A stretch of DNA of 64,000 bases. Origin: Candidatus Ryanbacteria bacterium RIFCSPLOWO2_12_FULL_44_26. GTDB taxonomy: Bacteria > Patescibacteriota > Minisyncoccia > Ryanbacterales > HO2-45-13. A model generated the notes under the pieces. It was not told the DNA's origin, did not search any database, and saw only the letters and a list, made by a program, of their open reading frames with translations. Where the stretch lies: assembly GCA_001821765.1 (NCBI GenBank), contig MHOA01000001.1, positions 174,078 to 238,077 on the forward strand, given 5' to 3'. Every line of letters begins with the position of its first letter. Position 1 is the stretch's first letter. Below are positions 46,696 through 57,270 of this stretch, in pieces. The translations under genes were made by a program, and so were the position numbers.

Positions 46696-48897
46696 TTACT
46701 CAGCTACTTCCAACGCTTGTTCAAATTGAAGCGACAGTAACTTGGAAATTCCTTCGCCACCTATTGTGACGCCATATAAAACGCCGGCGGCACGCATCGT
46801 TTCACGGTTGTGCGTGATAACAATCAGCTGGGTTTTTTTGCTTAAATTTTTAAGCAGCGTTGCATACCTTTGTGAATTGGCCTCATCAAGCGCCGCATCG
46901 GTTTCATCAAGCACCAGAAACGGTGGAGGATTTACAGCCGACATTGCAAAAAGAAGAGCGATGGACGTCAGCGCTCGTTCCCCCCCAGAAAGCATAGCAA
47001 GGGAGTGAATGCGTTTTCCCGGGATACTAACAGAAACCTCAATACCGCTTTTGGAATCCTCCCGCAGCGAGGGTTGAAACAATACATCTTCCGATGTGTT
47101 TTCTTCTTTCTCTTTCCCTGTATATTTTCTCTGCTCTATGGTTTTGATTTCCGCACGGCCACCGCCGAACATCCTGTCGAAGAATTCCTGAAAAGCCGTG
47201 TTAATTTTATCAACTCCTTCCTGAAATTCACGCTCAAGCTTCTCTGTTAATTCCTTCACAAGACTCCTTAAGGATTTCAGCGCCTGCACTAAATCGTCTA
47301 ACTGATTTGTGAGAAACGAATCTCTTTCCGAAACCTCCTCGTACTCTTTTAGCACTGCCATATCTATAGCTCCTGATTCTTCCATCTTTATCCTTAACTT
47401 GTCCAATTTTTTCCGCTCATTTACTCTCTCATCCTCATCTGCAAAAAGTTGAGCCGAGGAAATATCAATATCAGTGGCATGAAAGAATCGTGAGGCTTCT
47501 CCCTTCAGATGCGAAAGTTCATTTTCTAACAGGCGAATCTTTTCCAATTCAAAATCAAATTCTTTCAATTGCTTTCTTATCTCATCCAAATCCCTCTCCT
47601 TTAACCGCAGCTTCCGCTCATCATCCCTTAAAGCAACAAACCTTTTTCTATACAACTCCTCCGCTGTTTCTCTTTGTTGAAGCAATTGCTGCAGCTTATC
47701 CGCAGTTTCCGCTAACGTTCTTGTGATTTGCTCTCGTTCTTTTTGAAGTGATTTCTGCATTTCTGTGCGTGGCGATGCCATTTTATCAATCAAGCCAAGC
47801 ACTTTGTGCATTCTTGTTTTAAGCTTTTTCATGTCTGCTTTTATATCTTCGATATTATCCCGAGACACTATTATATTAATAAATTGAATAAATTCTCCGA
47901 TTGCAGTTTGTACATAGCCAGCTGAAATGGATTTCTCCTGCTCTGGGCCCCTCACGCCAACATCGTCAAGTTTGCCTTCAATACGGCCCAGCTCCCGTTC
48001 AAGTGATCTGCTGCGCGCCTGCAGTTCCTGAATACTGCGTTCAACGCTTTCTTTTGCGTTTGCGCTTTGTTTGTCATCTTCATGGGCTTTCGCCGTTTCT
48101 TGTATGTATTTCAGCAAATCAAGAGTCTCATCATGTTTTTTTAAAAGAGGATTTTTCTTTTCCGCAATTGATGCTCTTGCCTCCTGAATAGTACGTTCTT
48201 CACGAGTGATATACACACGGAACTGCGCTATGAGGTTTTCTCTTAAGGTTTCCGTGTTGCGCATTTTTTCCGCTTGCTTGCGCAGATACTTTAAATGCGG
48301 GTTGATCTCCTTTTGTATAAGCTTTACCTGTTTTATATTTTCCTCTGTCGCTTCCATCTTCTTTACAGCTTCATCCCTCTTTATGTGATACCCTTTAAGT
48401 CCGAGAGCATCTTCTATCATCTCTTTCCTTTCTTCCGGAGAAGCAAGCAAGATACGATCGGATTCCCCCTGTGAGATAATATGATGCTGAGTAGACCCGA
48501 GGCCGACTCTAGAAAGCAGTTCAGCGATATCTTTAAGACGCACCTGCGAGCCGTTAATGAGATACTGATTCGCGCCATCACGTGTAACCCTCCGTGTAAT
48601 AATCACTTCATCAAATGCTATCGAGAATTTTTTATTCATATTATCAAATACAAGCGAAGCGGATGCGCGGCCCAAACGCGGGGCTTTCGATGATCCGCTA
48701 AAAATGAAATCCTCTCCGCGCTTCCCGCGAAGCGTTTTTAAGGATTGTTCACCCAATACCCATCGTATAGCTTCTGCTACGTTAGATTTACCAGCGCCAT
48801 TTGGACCTACAATAGCCGTTATTGAGGTGAGAAATTCAAATATCGTTTGTTTCGCGAACGATTTAAATCCGGAAAGTTCAAGCCGTTTTAGGTACAT
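46696..48897 (-). CDS. smc: SMC-like chromosome segregation ATPase (short form)
   Basis: Start at 'MYLKRLELSGFKSF'. Walker A 'GPNGAGKSN', a long coiled coil, signature 'LSGGERALTSIALLFA', and Walker B 'FLVLDETDAALD'. Confidence 0.75.
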   Translation of the reverse strand: MYLKRLELSGFKSFAKQTIFEFLTSITAIVGPNGAGKSNVAEAIRWVLGEQSLKTLRGKRGEDFIFSGSSKAPRLGRASASLVFDNMNKKFSIAFDEVIITRRVTRDGANQYLINGSQVRLKDIAELLSRVGLGSTQHHIISQGESDRILLASPEERKEMIEDALGLKGYHIKRDEAVKKMEATEENIKQVKLIQKEINPHLKYLRKQAEKMRNTETLRENLIAQFRVYITREERTIQEARASIAEKKNPLLKKHDETLDLLKYIQETAKAHEDDKQSANAKESVERSIQELQARSRSLERELGRIEGKLDDVGVRGPEQEKSISAGYVQTAIGEFIQFINIIVSRDNIEDIKADMKKLKTRMHKVLGLIDKMASPRTEMQKSLQKEREQITRTLAETADKLQQLLQQRETAEELYRKRFVALRDDERKLRLKERDLDEIRKQLKEFDFELEKIRLLENELSHLKGEASRFFHATDIDISSAQLFADEDERVNERKKLDKLRIKMEESGAIDMAVLKEYEEVSERDSFLTNQLDDLVQALKSLRSLVKELTEKLEREFQEGVDKINTAFQEFFDRMFGGGRAEIKTIEQRKYTGKEKEENTSEDVLFQPSLREDSKSGIEVSVSIPGKRIHSLAMLSGGERALTSIALLFAMSAVNPPPFLVLDETDAALDEANSQRYATLLKNLSKKTQLIVITHNRETMRAAGVLYGVTIGGEGISKLLSLQFEQALEVAE

Positions 48898-49022
48898 ACC
48901 ACCAAAAAAAACCAAAACTCAAATATCAAAAATCAACATGACGATATTCCGCTTCGCTGGATTATTGATAGTCCCGCCTCGCCGGGACACCATAATGTTG
49001 CATCTTGAACTTATTGTGTATT

Positions 49023-49715
49023 TTATTGCCACCGTTTTACCTGTAACCCCAGCTGAGCCGCTGCCGCTTCAGCTTCCTGTTTTGATAAACCATCCCCTTC
49101 CGCAACTAATTCGTCTTTTAAAAAAACCCCAACGCGAAAAAATCTTCTGTGATCCGGGCCTTCTTCGCTCAGTACCCTGTATGTTGGTGTTATGCCCACA
49201 CGTTCCTGCGCCTCTTCCTGAAAAGAACTTTTTGGGTCCTTCCATAGTTTTTTTTCCACAATGTCTTTAGCATAGGGCATCAGGACTTTTTGAAGAAACG
49301 TGCTTACGGCTTTATATCCCTGATCCAGATATATCGCGCCAACAACCGCCTCAAAAGTATTGGCCAAGATGTAGTCACGAGCTCTTCCGACATCTTTTGT
49401 CTCCCCTCGGGACAGAAGAAGATGGGAATTAAAACCAAGCTTTCGGGCTACCGTTGAGAGCATATCGGCGTTTACCAATGCAGCTCTTATGCTGGTAAGT
49501 TCTCCCTCCGGTTTATCAGGATATTCGGTATACAAACATTCAGTAATAACGAGTTCAATAACTGCATCCCCTAAAAACTCCAACCGTTCATTGTGTCCGA
49601 GTCGAAATCCAGGGTTCTCATTTAAATAGGAACGATGGGTAAGCGCCTGTAATAAAAGATCTTTGTTTTTAAATGTCACTCCAAACTCCTTTTCGAGCGA
49701 TGAGAAACTTTTCAT
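49023..49715 (-). CDS. rnc: ribonuclease III
   Basis: 'NERLEFLGDAVIELVITECLY' RNase III signature plus a C-terminal dsRBD. Confidence 0.9.
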   Translation of the reverse strand: MKSFSSLEKEFGVTFKNKDLLLQALTHRSYLNENPGFRLGHNERLEFLGDAVIELVITECLYTEYPDKPEGELTSIRAALVNADMLSTVARKLGFNSHLLLSRGETKDVGRARDYILANTFEAVVGAIYLDQGYKAVSTFLQKVLMPYAKDIVEKKLWKDPKSSFQEEAQERVGITPTYRVLSEEGPDHRRFFRVGVFLKDELVAEGDGLSKQEAEAAAAQLGLQVKRWQ

Positions 49716-50617
49716 GTCTGTTGTTGAAGAACCGTTAAGGCGGCTTGAAAAATCTTTTTAATATCCGGATATGTCTTTATATTTAAAAGCTCTGATTCGC
49801 TCAACCATTGCGCTTGCACAAGCCCTCCAGACTGCTTTAGTTTTAAAACTTTATCAGTTGTCTCAACGAGAAAATACGCAACGCGTTTCCGTATCGGACC
49901 GCGCTCCGGATCGTGAGCGACATACTCATTGGCGCCAAGTTCTTTTTTGACAACAAGGTGCGTAATACCTAACTCTTTGCTGAGTTCTCTTTTCACAACT
50001 CCGCTAGGGTTTTCGTCTTTCCCGATACCTCCCTTAGAAAGAGTCCAGTATCCAAACACATCGAGCACAAGCGCAAACAAGAATTGATCCTTCTCTTTTC
50101 TGTAAACCACCCCTCCAACTTTATCGTCACAGGGAAGTTTTTTTATCTCTTCGGCTGTTAAACCTTTTTTCGCATGAGCGTCTTTTCCCGGCTCCCCCAT
50201 CTCCCGATACACAGTACCAACCACACCATTGATAAATTTTCCAGACTTTTCTCCTCCAAAAGTTTTGGCCAGTTCGATTGCCTCGTTAATCGCAACTTTG
50301 GGCGGCACCTCTTTATAATTTCCAAAAATAAGTTCCCACAGCCCTATACGCAAAATATTCCTGTCAACAATGGCTATCTGGGAAAGCGGCCATTCTGGAG
50401 CTGCTTTTGTAATCAGCTCATTGAGAGCATCATGCTTTTCGAGAACCCCATGGATCAGTTGCCGAGAAAATTCTTTTTCTTCCAAGCCCGGGCCAAATTC
50501 CTTAAGATTGCGTTCCAGAATGGAGTCAATATCAACTTTGCCGTGTCGCGATCCGCGAAAATCCCACTCATAAAGCGTCTGCATTGCAATTGATCTTGCT
50601 AAATGCCGGGAAGCCAT
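49712..50617 (-). CDS. nusB: NusB antitermination factor fused to a C-terminal NUDIX hydrolase domain
   Basis: Residues 1-145 are NusB-like ('ARSIAMQTLYEWDF...DRNILRIGLWELIF'). Residues ~165-301 carry the Nudix box 'GGIGKDENPSGVVKRELSKELGI'. Confidence 0.75.
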   Translation of the reverse strand: MASRHLARSIAMQTLYEWDFRGSRHGKVDIDSILERNLKEFGPGLEEKEFSRQLIHGVLEKHDALNELITKAAPEWPLSQIAIVDRNILRIGLWELIFGNYKEVPPKVAINEAIELAKTFGGEKSGKFINGVVGTVYREMGEPGKDAHAKKGLTAEEIKKLPCDDKVGGVVYRKEKDQFLFALVLDVFGYWTLSKGGIGKDENPSGVVKRELSKELGITHLVVKKELGANEYVAHDPERGPIRKRVAYFLVETTDKVLKLKQSGGLVQAQWLSESELLNIKTYPDIKKIFQAALTVLQQQT

Positions 50618-50777
50618 ACAATGAGTTGACAGCTTATATTATACATACGTAAAGAACTGAATAGACGAGTTGATGGCAAGCGCCTAGAGTTAACCAAACA
50701 TCAAACGCCTAACTCTCATATTATCATATAGCGCCAACAGGAGAATAATAGTTAATAATGTGCTGTCAGGCGCTTCC

Positions 50778-51065
50778 TTATGATTTTTTTGAAAGATCAG
50801 CGGCATCAAGCGGTTTCCCTGAATCTGCATGCTGTTGTTCTTGTTCTTTAAGCTCTTTCGCCTTTTGTTTGCGCTCTTTTTTGCTGAGTTTCTTTAATAC
50901 ATCAATAACTTCCCTCCCGTGATACGTTCCGCAATTACGACATGCCATATGTGGCAAAACAGCTACCCCGCATTTCATACAACGGGTCAACCTCATTGTT
51001 TTTAACGCATGATGGCTTCTGCGTTTCCGCGTATGGGAACGCGTGTGTCTCATTCGTACTGACAT
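50778..51065 (-). CDS. rpmF: 50S ribosomal protein L32 (zinc-ribbon type) with C-terminal Lys/Glu tail
   Basis: '[17 protein letters not shown]....C.KCG....H..C..CG.Y'. Confidence 0.8.
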   Translation of the reverse strand: MSVRMRHTRSHTRKRRSHHALKTMRLTRCMKCGVAVLPHMACRNCGTYHGREVIDVLKKLSKKERKQKAKELKEQEQQHADSGKPLDAADLSKKS

Positions 51066-51149
51066 AAAAAAAGCATATCATATATAATAAAAACACGCAA
51101 CAAAAAATACATTGTATCCCTTTATAAAGTAATATAAAATACAACAATT

Positions 51150-52325
51150 ATGGAGAAAATGACGCCTCAAAAACTCGTAGATCAAATTCTTGAAGCCGCC
51201 GAAAGGGAACGCGCGTCAGACGTCCATATAGAGCCGGGTAAGGATGATGTGATTATTAAATTTAGAATCGACGGTATTTTAAGAGAGGTAAAACGTTTTA
51301 AAATACATATGCTCGAAAACCTTGTTTCGCATTTAAAGGTACTCGGGCAACTTGACATAACCATACACTCAACGCCGCAAGAAGGATCATTTGAATGGCT
51401 TGGAAAAATCAAAGATGAAAACGACCAAATGCGTTTTTTAAGCATTCGCGTGTCAATTTTCCCAACAATCAACGGCGAAGCCATAGTACTCCGTATTTTA
51501 AACCGGTCCGAGCTTTTGATGAGTGTATCACAACTGGGTTTTGATAAACACGACGAACAATTAATCAACAAACTCATCATTTCTCCGTACGGCATGATTT
51601 TGGCATCCGGTCCCGCTAATTCAGGAAAAACGACGTTGCTGTACTCAATGTTGAAGGAAATAGCAGCGCCCGAAAAAAATATCGTAGCCCTCGAGGACCC
51701 GGTGGAATACAACCTTGAGTTTGTTCGTCAAAGTCAAATCAACCCCGCAAGAAATTTTACATATGAAGCTGGTCTTCGGTCAATTCTAAGACAAGATCCG
51801 GATGTTATTATGATAGGTGAAATTCGAGACCGACAAACAGCAGAGAACGCCATACACATTTCCCTGACTGGGCGGTTGCTTCTAACAACAATTCATGCAA
51901 ATAACAGCGTTGGAACCGTTGCCAGACTTCTTGATATAAAAGTAAGTCCTCCCCTTATTGCTTACTCCGTGAACGGTATCATCGCACAACGACTGGCAAG
52001 GAGAATATGCAACAACTGCAAAATCACCCACCCTCCGGAGTCCGGTAAATTGGAAATGCTGGGTATTCGACCCAACTCCATGCCGTTTTTCAAGGGGAAA
52101 GGATGTGACGAATGTTTGAACACAGGATACTACGGCCGAGTCGGCATTTTTGAGATACTCGTGATAGATGACGAATTCAGAAAAACAATAGTCGGGCACG
52201 AATCAATAGAAGAACTTATAACGCTTGCCGAGAAAAAAGGATTAAAAACGCTGCGCCAAGACGGGATTCAAAAAATGAAAGACGGTATTACAACTATAGA
52301 AGAAGTATTGCGATTGGGAATCTAG
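51150..52325 (+). CDS. GspE/PilB-family type II/IV secretion (pilus assembly) ATPase, short form
   Basis: Walker A 'GPANSGKTT', Asp/His boxes, and tetracysteine 'CNNCK...CDEC'. It lacks the N-terminal N1/N2 domains. Confidence 0.8.
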   Translation: MEKMTPQKLVDQILEAAERERASDVHIEPGKDDVIIKFRIDGILREVKRFKIHMLENLVSHLKVLGQLDITIHSTPQEGSFEWLGKIKDENDQMRFLSIRVSIFPTINGEAIVLRILNRSELLMSVSQLGFDKHDEQLINKLIISPYGMILASGPANSGKTTLLYSMLKEIAAPEKNIVALEDPVEYNLEFVRQSQINPARNFTYEAGLRSILRQDPDVIMIGEIRDRQTAENAIHISLTGRLLLTTIHANNSVGTVARLLDIKVSPPLIAYSVNGIIAQRLARRICNNCKITHPPESGKLEMLGIRPNSMPFFKGKGCDECLNTGYYGRVGIFEILVIDDEFRKTIVGHESIEELITLAEKKGLKTLRQDGIQKMKDGITTIEEVLRLGI

Positions 52326-52335
52326 AAAATCACCC

Positions 52336-52938
52336 TCAAGTCAGTAAATGATTGAAAGAGATTCCGGTACAAAAAGATCTTCTATGAACAGCACTTAAAC
52401 CGTGCTTTCTAATGGCATGAATGTGCTTCTTGGTGCCGTATCCTTTGTGAATATGCAAATGATAAAGAGGATATTTGAAGTGGAGTCTCCCCATTTTTCT
52501 GTCCCGAACAACCTTGGCAACAATAGAAGCGGCGGAAATCAGAGGAACTGTTTGGTCTCCCCTTATAATAGTTCTCTGCCTGTATTGAACCGGCGCGTCC
52601 ATACTTCCATCCAGTAAGACAAAGGTCGGCTTTTTCGGATACCGCTGAAGCAGCCGCGCTACTGCGGTTCTCACTGACCGCGCAATACCATATCTGTCAA
52701 TATAAGAAGCGGAAACAGAGGTGAATCTGCAGGTGCCGCTTTCCTTCAAGGTTTTGTACCACTCTTGTCTCTTTTTAGGACTTAATTTTTTAGAATCTTT
52801 AATACCCTTTAGCGTTTTTTTATTAAAGCCGGAGACAGCCGCTACAACCAATGGACCGGCAAGAGGACCCCTACCGGCTTCATCTATACCAACAATCAAT
52901 CTCTGCTCCATAAAATCAAGTGTATCATGGCGGCTCAT
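52336..52938 (-). CDS. rnhB: ribonuclease HII
   Basis: 'IVGIDEAGRGPLAGPLVVAAV' catalytic DEDD region. Confidence 0.88.
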   Translation of the reverse strand: MSRHDTLDFMEQRLIVGIDEAGRGPLAGPLVVAAVSGFNKKTLKGIKDSKKLSPKKRQEWYKTLKESGTCRFTSVSASYIDRYGIARSVRTAVARLLQRYPKKPTFVLLDGSMDAPVQYRQRTIIRGDQTVPLISAASIVAKVVRDRKMGRLHFKYPLYHLHIHKGYGTKKHIHAIRKHGLSAVHRRSFCTGISFNHLLT

Positions 52939-53033
52939 ATACCAAAACCCCCGCTATCCAGCGGGGGTTTTGCTCTTTATATAATATAGTGAAAGTGAAA
53001 TCGACCTTTCACTATATATAACAAAATAGAAAC

Positions 53034-53390
53034 CTAAAATGTTACATGTTTAGAAAAACGAATCCACTTGATACCCCTCAAACAATTTCTTGTAAGCAAG
53101 AATAACAACGTTGCAAACCCTATCAAAACAAGCCGAATAGTCATTTCTGTATACAAGTAGGCGCTATAAAGAAAATCCAAAAGAGAGAATGTGCTGTTGG
53201 CAACGGTATGTGTGATGGTGTTTCCTACAACGCTTGAAAGCGCAATATGTGTATTGATATAAAAAATAAACACGCTCAGCGCCATGATCTCCAAACCAAA
53301 CCAAGGCGCAACGCGCTTTAGAAACCATATGCCATATATTCTCTTCATAATTCGGGGTTTTAATTGTTCAGATACATAAGGATATATCAT
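53034..53390 (-). CDS. small membrane protein, putative anti-sigma factor partner
   Basis: 118 aa, 3 TM. It overlaps the end of the ECF sigma gene by 4 nt. Confidence 0.35.
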   Translation of the reverse strand: MIYPYVSEQLKPRIMKRIYGIWFLKRVAPWFGLEIMALSVFIFYINTHIALSSVVGNTITHTVANSTFSLLDFLYSAYLYTEMTIRLVLIGFATLLFLLTRNCLRGIKWIRFSKHVTF

Positions 53391-53953
53391 AAAGTTTCAT
53401 ATACCATATTCTTTAGTAATTTTTTTGCCCTAAACAAACGCATCTTTAACGTAGAAAGAGGTATATCTTCTTCTGAAGCGATGGCGCTGTAAGATTTGTC
53501 CTCAAAATAATACATTTTCACGACCCTGCGCAATTCATTAGGTAGCCTATCTAATAGCTTTAACGCGGTAATTCGGGCATCGGTTTCCACATCAATCCTT
53601 GATTCACCGGGAAGATTCTTATATATCTCCGGATCTAAAACAATTTCACGCTCTCGTGTCCTTTTGAGTTTGCGGTAATGAGAAATGGAACTATTAAACG
53701 CTATTCTATATGCCCAACTTTTAAAACTTGCCCCTTCCTGCTTCTTAAACTTGTTAGCGTTCAAATATATCTTCGTAAAAGCCTCCTGTACAATGTCCTC
53801 AGCTTCTTCCTTTTGCCTTACTATATTAAATGCGAGCCGAAAAAGCTTTTCCTGATAACGGTCAACTAGTTCTCCAAACACGGCGGGTGTTCCCATAGAT
53901 GAACGAAGCAGTTCTTCATCGGTTTGGTAGTTGAGCATTCTGGATTGCGACAT
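53387..53953 (-). CDS. ECF-type RNA polymerase sigma factor
   Basis: 188 aa with region 2 ('...IVQEAFTKIY') and region 4 HTH ('YSAIASEEDIPLSTLKMRLFRAKKLL'). Confidence 0.75.
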   Translation of the reverse strand: MSQSRMLNYQTDEELLRSSMGTPAVFGELVDRYQEKLFRLAFNIVRQKEEAEDIVQEAFTKIYLNANKFKKQEGASFKSWAYRIAFNSSISHYRKLKRTREREIVLDPEIYKNLPGESRIDVETDARITALKLLDRLPNELRRVVKMYYFEDKSYSAIASEEDIPLSTLKMRLFRAKKLLKNMVYETL

Positions 53954-54096
53954 TATGACATTGACAACTTCCTATAATTTTTACGCTCTATTACGCTCTA
54001 TGTTACCTCTTATTATTGCATAACGCGGCGCCGGACAGAAAGGTTACAGCCGACACCAGGCTTTTAGAGCGCTGTTATTTATTATACAATGGTCAT

Positions 54097-57000
54097 ATGC
54101 AGTTTGTCCATCTTCATGTCCACAGCCACTATAGCCTCCTTGATGGGCTCGCAAAAATAGATGAACTCGTAAAGGAAGCATCAGGCATGGGAATGCCTGC
54201 TATTGCCCTCACGGATCATGGAAATCTGTATGGAGCTGTTTCGTTTTACCAAAAAGCAAAGGAGTTCGGCATTAAGCCAATTCTTGGCATTGAAGCGTAT
54301 GTTGTTGAAGGAAACATGCAAGAAAAACAGCCCGGAATCAGCAACAAACGATATCATTTAATTCTGCTGGCCCAAAACAACGAGGGTTGGCAAAACCTCA
54401 TTAGACTTACCACGTTGGCACACCTTGAGGGTTTTTATTACAAGCCACGGCTTGATAAAAAAACAATCCGCAACCATGCCCGCGGCCTTATAGCGCTATC
54501 TGGATGCCTTTCCGGAGAAATCCCGCAGGCGCTACTTGCGCAAAACCTCTCGCGTGCCGAGAAGCTTGTTGAAGAATATAAACAAATTTTCGGCAAAGAT
54601 AACTTTTTCATTGAACTTTCCCACCATCCCGGCATTCCACATCATCAAGCATTGCAAGAATCCTTATATCAACTCGCTCGAAAAACAAATACGCCAGTCG
54701 TGGCAACACAGGATGTCCATTACTTAAAACCGACAGATGCGCCTTATCAAGACATTCTTCTTGCTGTGCAAACAAATTCAAGGCTGGACGATCCTGACCG
54801 TCTTACAATGAACAAAGACGACTTTTCACTAAAGCCGCCGCATGTCATGAATGAGCTGTTTAGAGGAATACCGGAGGCAATTGAAAATACCGTTCGCATC
54901 GCTGAACGCGTTAATGTCAGCCTTCCTATAGGAAAAATCCAGCTGCCCCATTTCCCGCTTCCTGAAAACGAAACACCGCAAACATATCTTGGAAAAATCA
55001 CTAACGAAGCAATAAAACAAAAATATTCAAATGAATTACTGCAAAAGGCTTATACACGGCTTGATGTAGAACTCGAAGTGGTGGGAAAAACCGGTTTTGC
55101 ATCGTATTTCCTCATCGTCCATGATGTCGTTCAGTGGGCTAGAAAAAACGGTATTGTCGTCGGTCCCGGAAGAGGTTCTGCGGCGGGATCCATCATTTCA
55201 TACGTGCTGGATATCACTTCCGTAGATCCTTTGGAATATAACCTTTTGTTTGAAAGATTTATGAACCCGGACCGCATCAGCTGGCCGGATATAGACCTTG
55301 ATTTTGCTGACGCAAGAAGGGATGACGTTATTAACTATATCGCCGAACGATTCGGACGAAATCACGTTGCACAAATCATCACATTTGGAACAATGGCAGC
55401 CCGAGCGGCAATACGAGACGCTGGTCGGGCAATGAACATAGACTATCAGCTGTGCGATGAGGTTGCTAAAATGATACCTTTCGGATTTTCTCTAAAAAAA
55501 GCACTTGAAATGGCGCCGGGATTAAGACAAGCAAGTGAACAAAAAAAAGAAATAAAAAAATTATTAGAAGCAGCTGGTCATCTGGAGGGTGTGGTACGAC
55601 ACGCATCAACGCATGCGTGCGGCGTGGTTATTACCAAAGATCCTCTCACAGCCATCACCCCTCTTCAATATGCAACAACAAGCGCTGAAGATAAAAAACA
55701 ATCTATCGTTACACAGTTTGATATGCATTCAGTTGAAGCGTTGGGGCTTCTGAAAATGGATATTCTTGGTTTATCAAACTTGTCCATTATTGAGGAAACA
55801 ATTAAGCGCATAAAAGAACGCCGCGGGAAAGACATAGACATAAATAACATCCAGCTTGATGATCCAAAACCGTACGAAATGCTCACCGAAGGACGAACAG
55901 TCGGGGTATTTCAATTGGAGGGCTCAGGAATGACCCGCTATTTAAAAGAATTAAAACCAACACACATTGAAGATATTATTGCCATGATATCTCTTTATAG
56001 GCCCGGCCCGATGGAACTTATCCCCTCATTTATCAGACGGAAACACAAAAAAGAACATATCAGTTATCCTCATCAGCTTTTGGAACCATATCTAAAAAAC
56101 ACCTACGGCATTATGATTTATCAAGAACAATTGATGCAAATGTCGGAAGCCATAGCCGGCTTTACACCCGGGGAGGCAGATACATTAAGAAAGGCGGTAG
56201 GAAAAAAAATCAAAAAACTCCTGGACGAACAGCGGGAAAAATTCATAAAGGGCGTCATAGACAAAACTGGATCAAAGAAACTCGGAACACAGCTTTGGGA
56301 ACTGATACTACCTTTCGGCAGATACGGGTTTAACCGCTCACATGCCGTCGCATATGCCATGGTTGCGTATCAGACTGCATGGCTGAAGTATTATTATCCC
56401 ATTGAATTCATGGTTTCTCTCCTCAACGCTGATGCAAAGAACATCGATCGCATCGCATTTTTGGTTACAGAATGTAAAAAAGAGCATATTGTTGTCCTCC
56501 CGCCGGACATCAATGAATCGAATGCGGCTTTTACGGTCATCGATGAGAAAAAAATCCGCTTTGGCCTTGGATCCATAAAAAATGTCGGACATAATATCGT
56601 TTCGACGATCATAGAAAACCGCAGCAAAAACGGAAAGTATGCCGCTCTTTCTGATTTTTTAGAGCGCGTTTATACACGCGACTTAAATAAAAAATCTCTA
56701 GAAGCCCTCATTAAATCAGGCGCGGTGGACACGTTCGGAGAAAGAAACACCATGCTGGAAAATATGGACATGCTTCTGGCATACCTAAAGGAAAACCAAA
56801 CTATGAACGAACGTAACCAAACATCTCTTTTCAAACTGATGGAAAATCATGAATCTGTTCCAGAACTTAAATTGATACAAATCCCGCCAGCGTCAAACCA
56901 TCAGCGACTGGCATGGGAGAAAGAACTTCTTGGACTTTATATCTCCGGACATCCTCTTCAGCAATTTAAAAAAGCGGGTTTATTAAGGCAAAACATTCAT

Positions 57001-57270
57001 ATTATTAAACATGAAAGGACCGGCGGCGCAATACGGATTGCAGCGATGTTGTCTGAAGTACGGCGCATTCTTACAAAACAAGGCGAGCTGATGGCGTTCC
57101 TGAAACTCGAGGATATAAATGATAACATAGAAGGAGTGGCGTTTCCCTCCGCCATGAAGCAATACGGACACCTCTTAGAACAAAACAAGTGCGTTCTTAT
57201 TGAAGGAAAAGTAAATATAAGGAATGGGGCACATAACGTTATCTTAGATAAAATAGAGCCGCTCACGTAG
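54097..57270 (+). CDS. dnaE: DNA polymerase III alpha subunit
   Basis: Track ORF 54016..57270; the start is at 'MQFVHLHVHSHYSLLDG' (PHP domain). Palm motifs and an OB fold follow. Confidence 0.93.
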   Translation: MQFVHLHVHSHYSLLDGLAKIDELVKEASGMGMPAIALTDHGNLYGAVSFYQKAKEFGIKPILGIEAYVVEGNMQEKQPGISNKRYHLILLAQNNEGWQNLIRLTTLAHLEGFYYKPRLDKKTIRNHARGLIALSGCLSGEIPQALLAQNLSRAEKLVEEYKQIFGKDNFFIELSHHPGIPHHQALQESLYQLARKTNTPVVATQDVHYLKPTDAPYQDILLAVQTNSRLDDPDRLTMNKDDFSLKPPHVMNELFRGIPEAIENTVRIAERVNVSLPIGKIQLPHFPLPENETPQTYLGKITNEAIKQKYSNELLQKAYTRLDVELEVVGKTGFASYFLIVHDVVQWARKNGIVVGPGRGSAAGSIISYVLDITSVDPLEYNLLFERFMNPDRISWPDIDLDFADARRDDVINYIAERFGRNHVAQIITFGTMAARAAIRDAGRAMNIDYQLCDEVAKMIPFGFSLKKALEMAPGLRQASEQKKEIKKLLEAAGHLEGVVRHASTHACGVVITKDPLTAITPLQYATTSAEDKKQSIVTQFDMHSVEALGLLKMDILGLSNLSIIEETIKRIKERRGKDIDINNIQLDDPKPYEMLTEGRTVGVFQLEGSGMTRYLKELKPTHIEDIIAMISLYRPGPMELIPSFIRRKHKKEHISYPHQLLEPYLKNTYGIMIYQEQLMQMSEAIAGFTPGEADTLRKAVGKKIKKLLDEQREKFIKGVIDKTGSKKLGTQLWELILPFGRYGFNRSHAVAYAMVAYQTAWLKYYYPIEFMVSLLNADAKNIDRIAFLVTECKKEHIVVLPPDINESNAAFTVIDEKKIRFGLGSIKNVGHNIVSTIIENRSKNGKYAALSDFLERVYTRDLNKKSLEALIKSGAVDTFGERNTMLENMDMLLAYLKENQTMNERNQTSLFKLMENHESVPELKLIQIPPASNHQRLAWEKELLGLYISGHPLQQFKKAGLLRQNIHIIKHERTGGAIRIAAMLSEVRRILTKQGELMAFLKLEDINDNIEGVAFPSAMKQYGHLLEQNKCVLIEGKVNIRNGAHNVILDKIEPLT

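Noticed and set aside
53954-54096. TTGACATTGACA doublet and 10-bp tandem duplication ttacgctcta upstream of dnaE
   Set aside because: Trivial micro-duplication, and the -35/-10 spacing does not give a clean promoter. Not enough to call a regulatory site.
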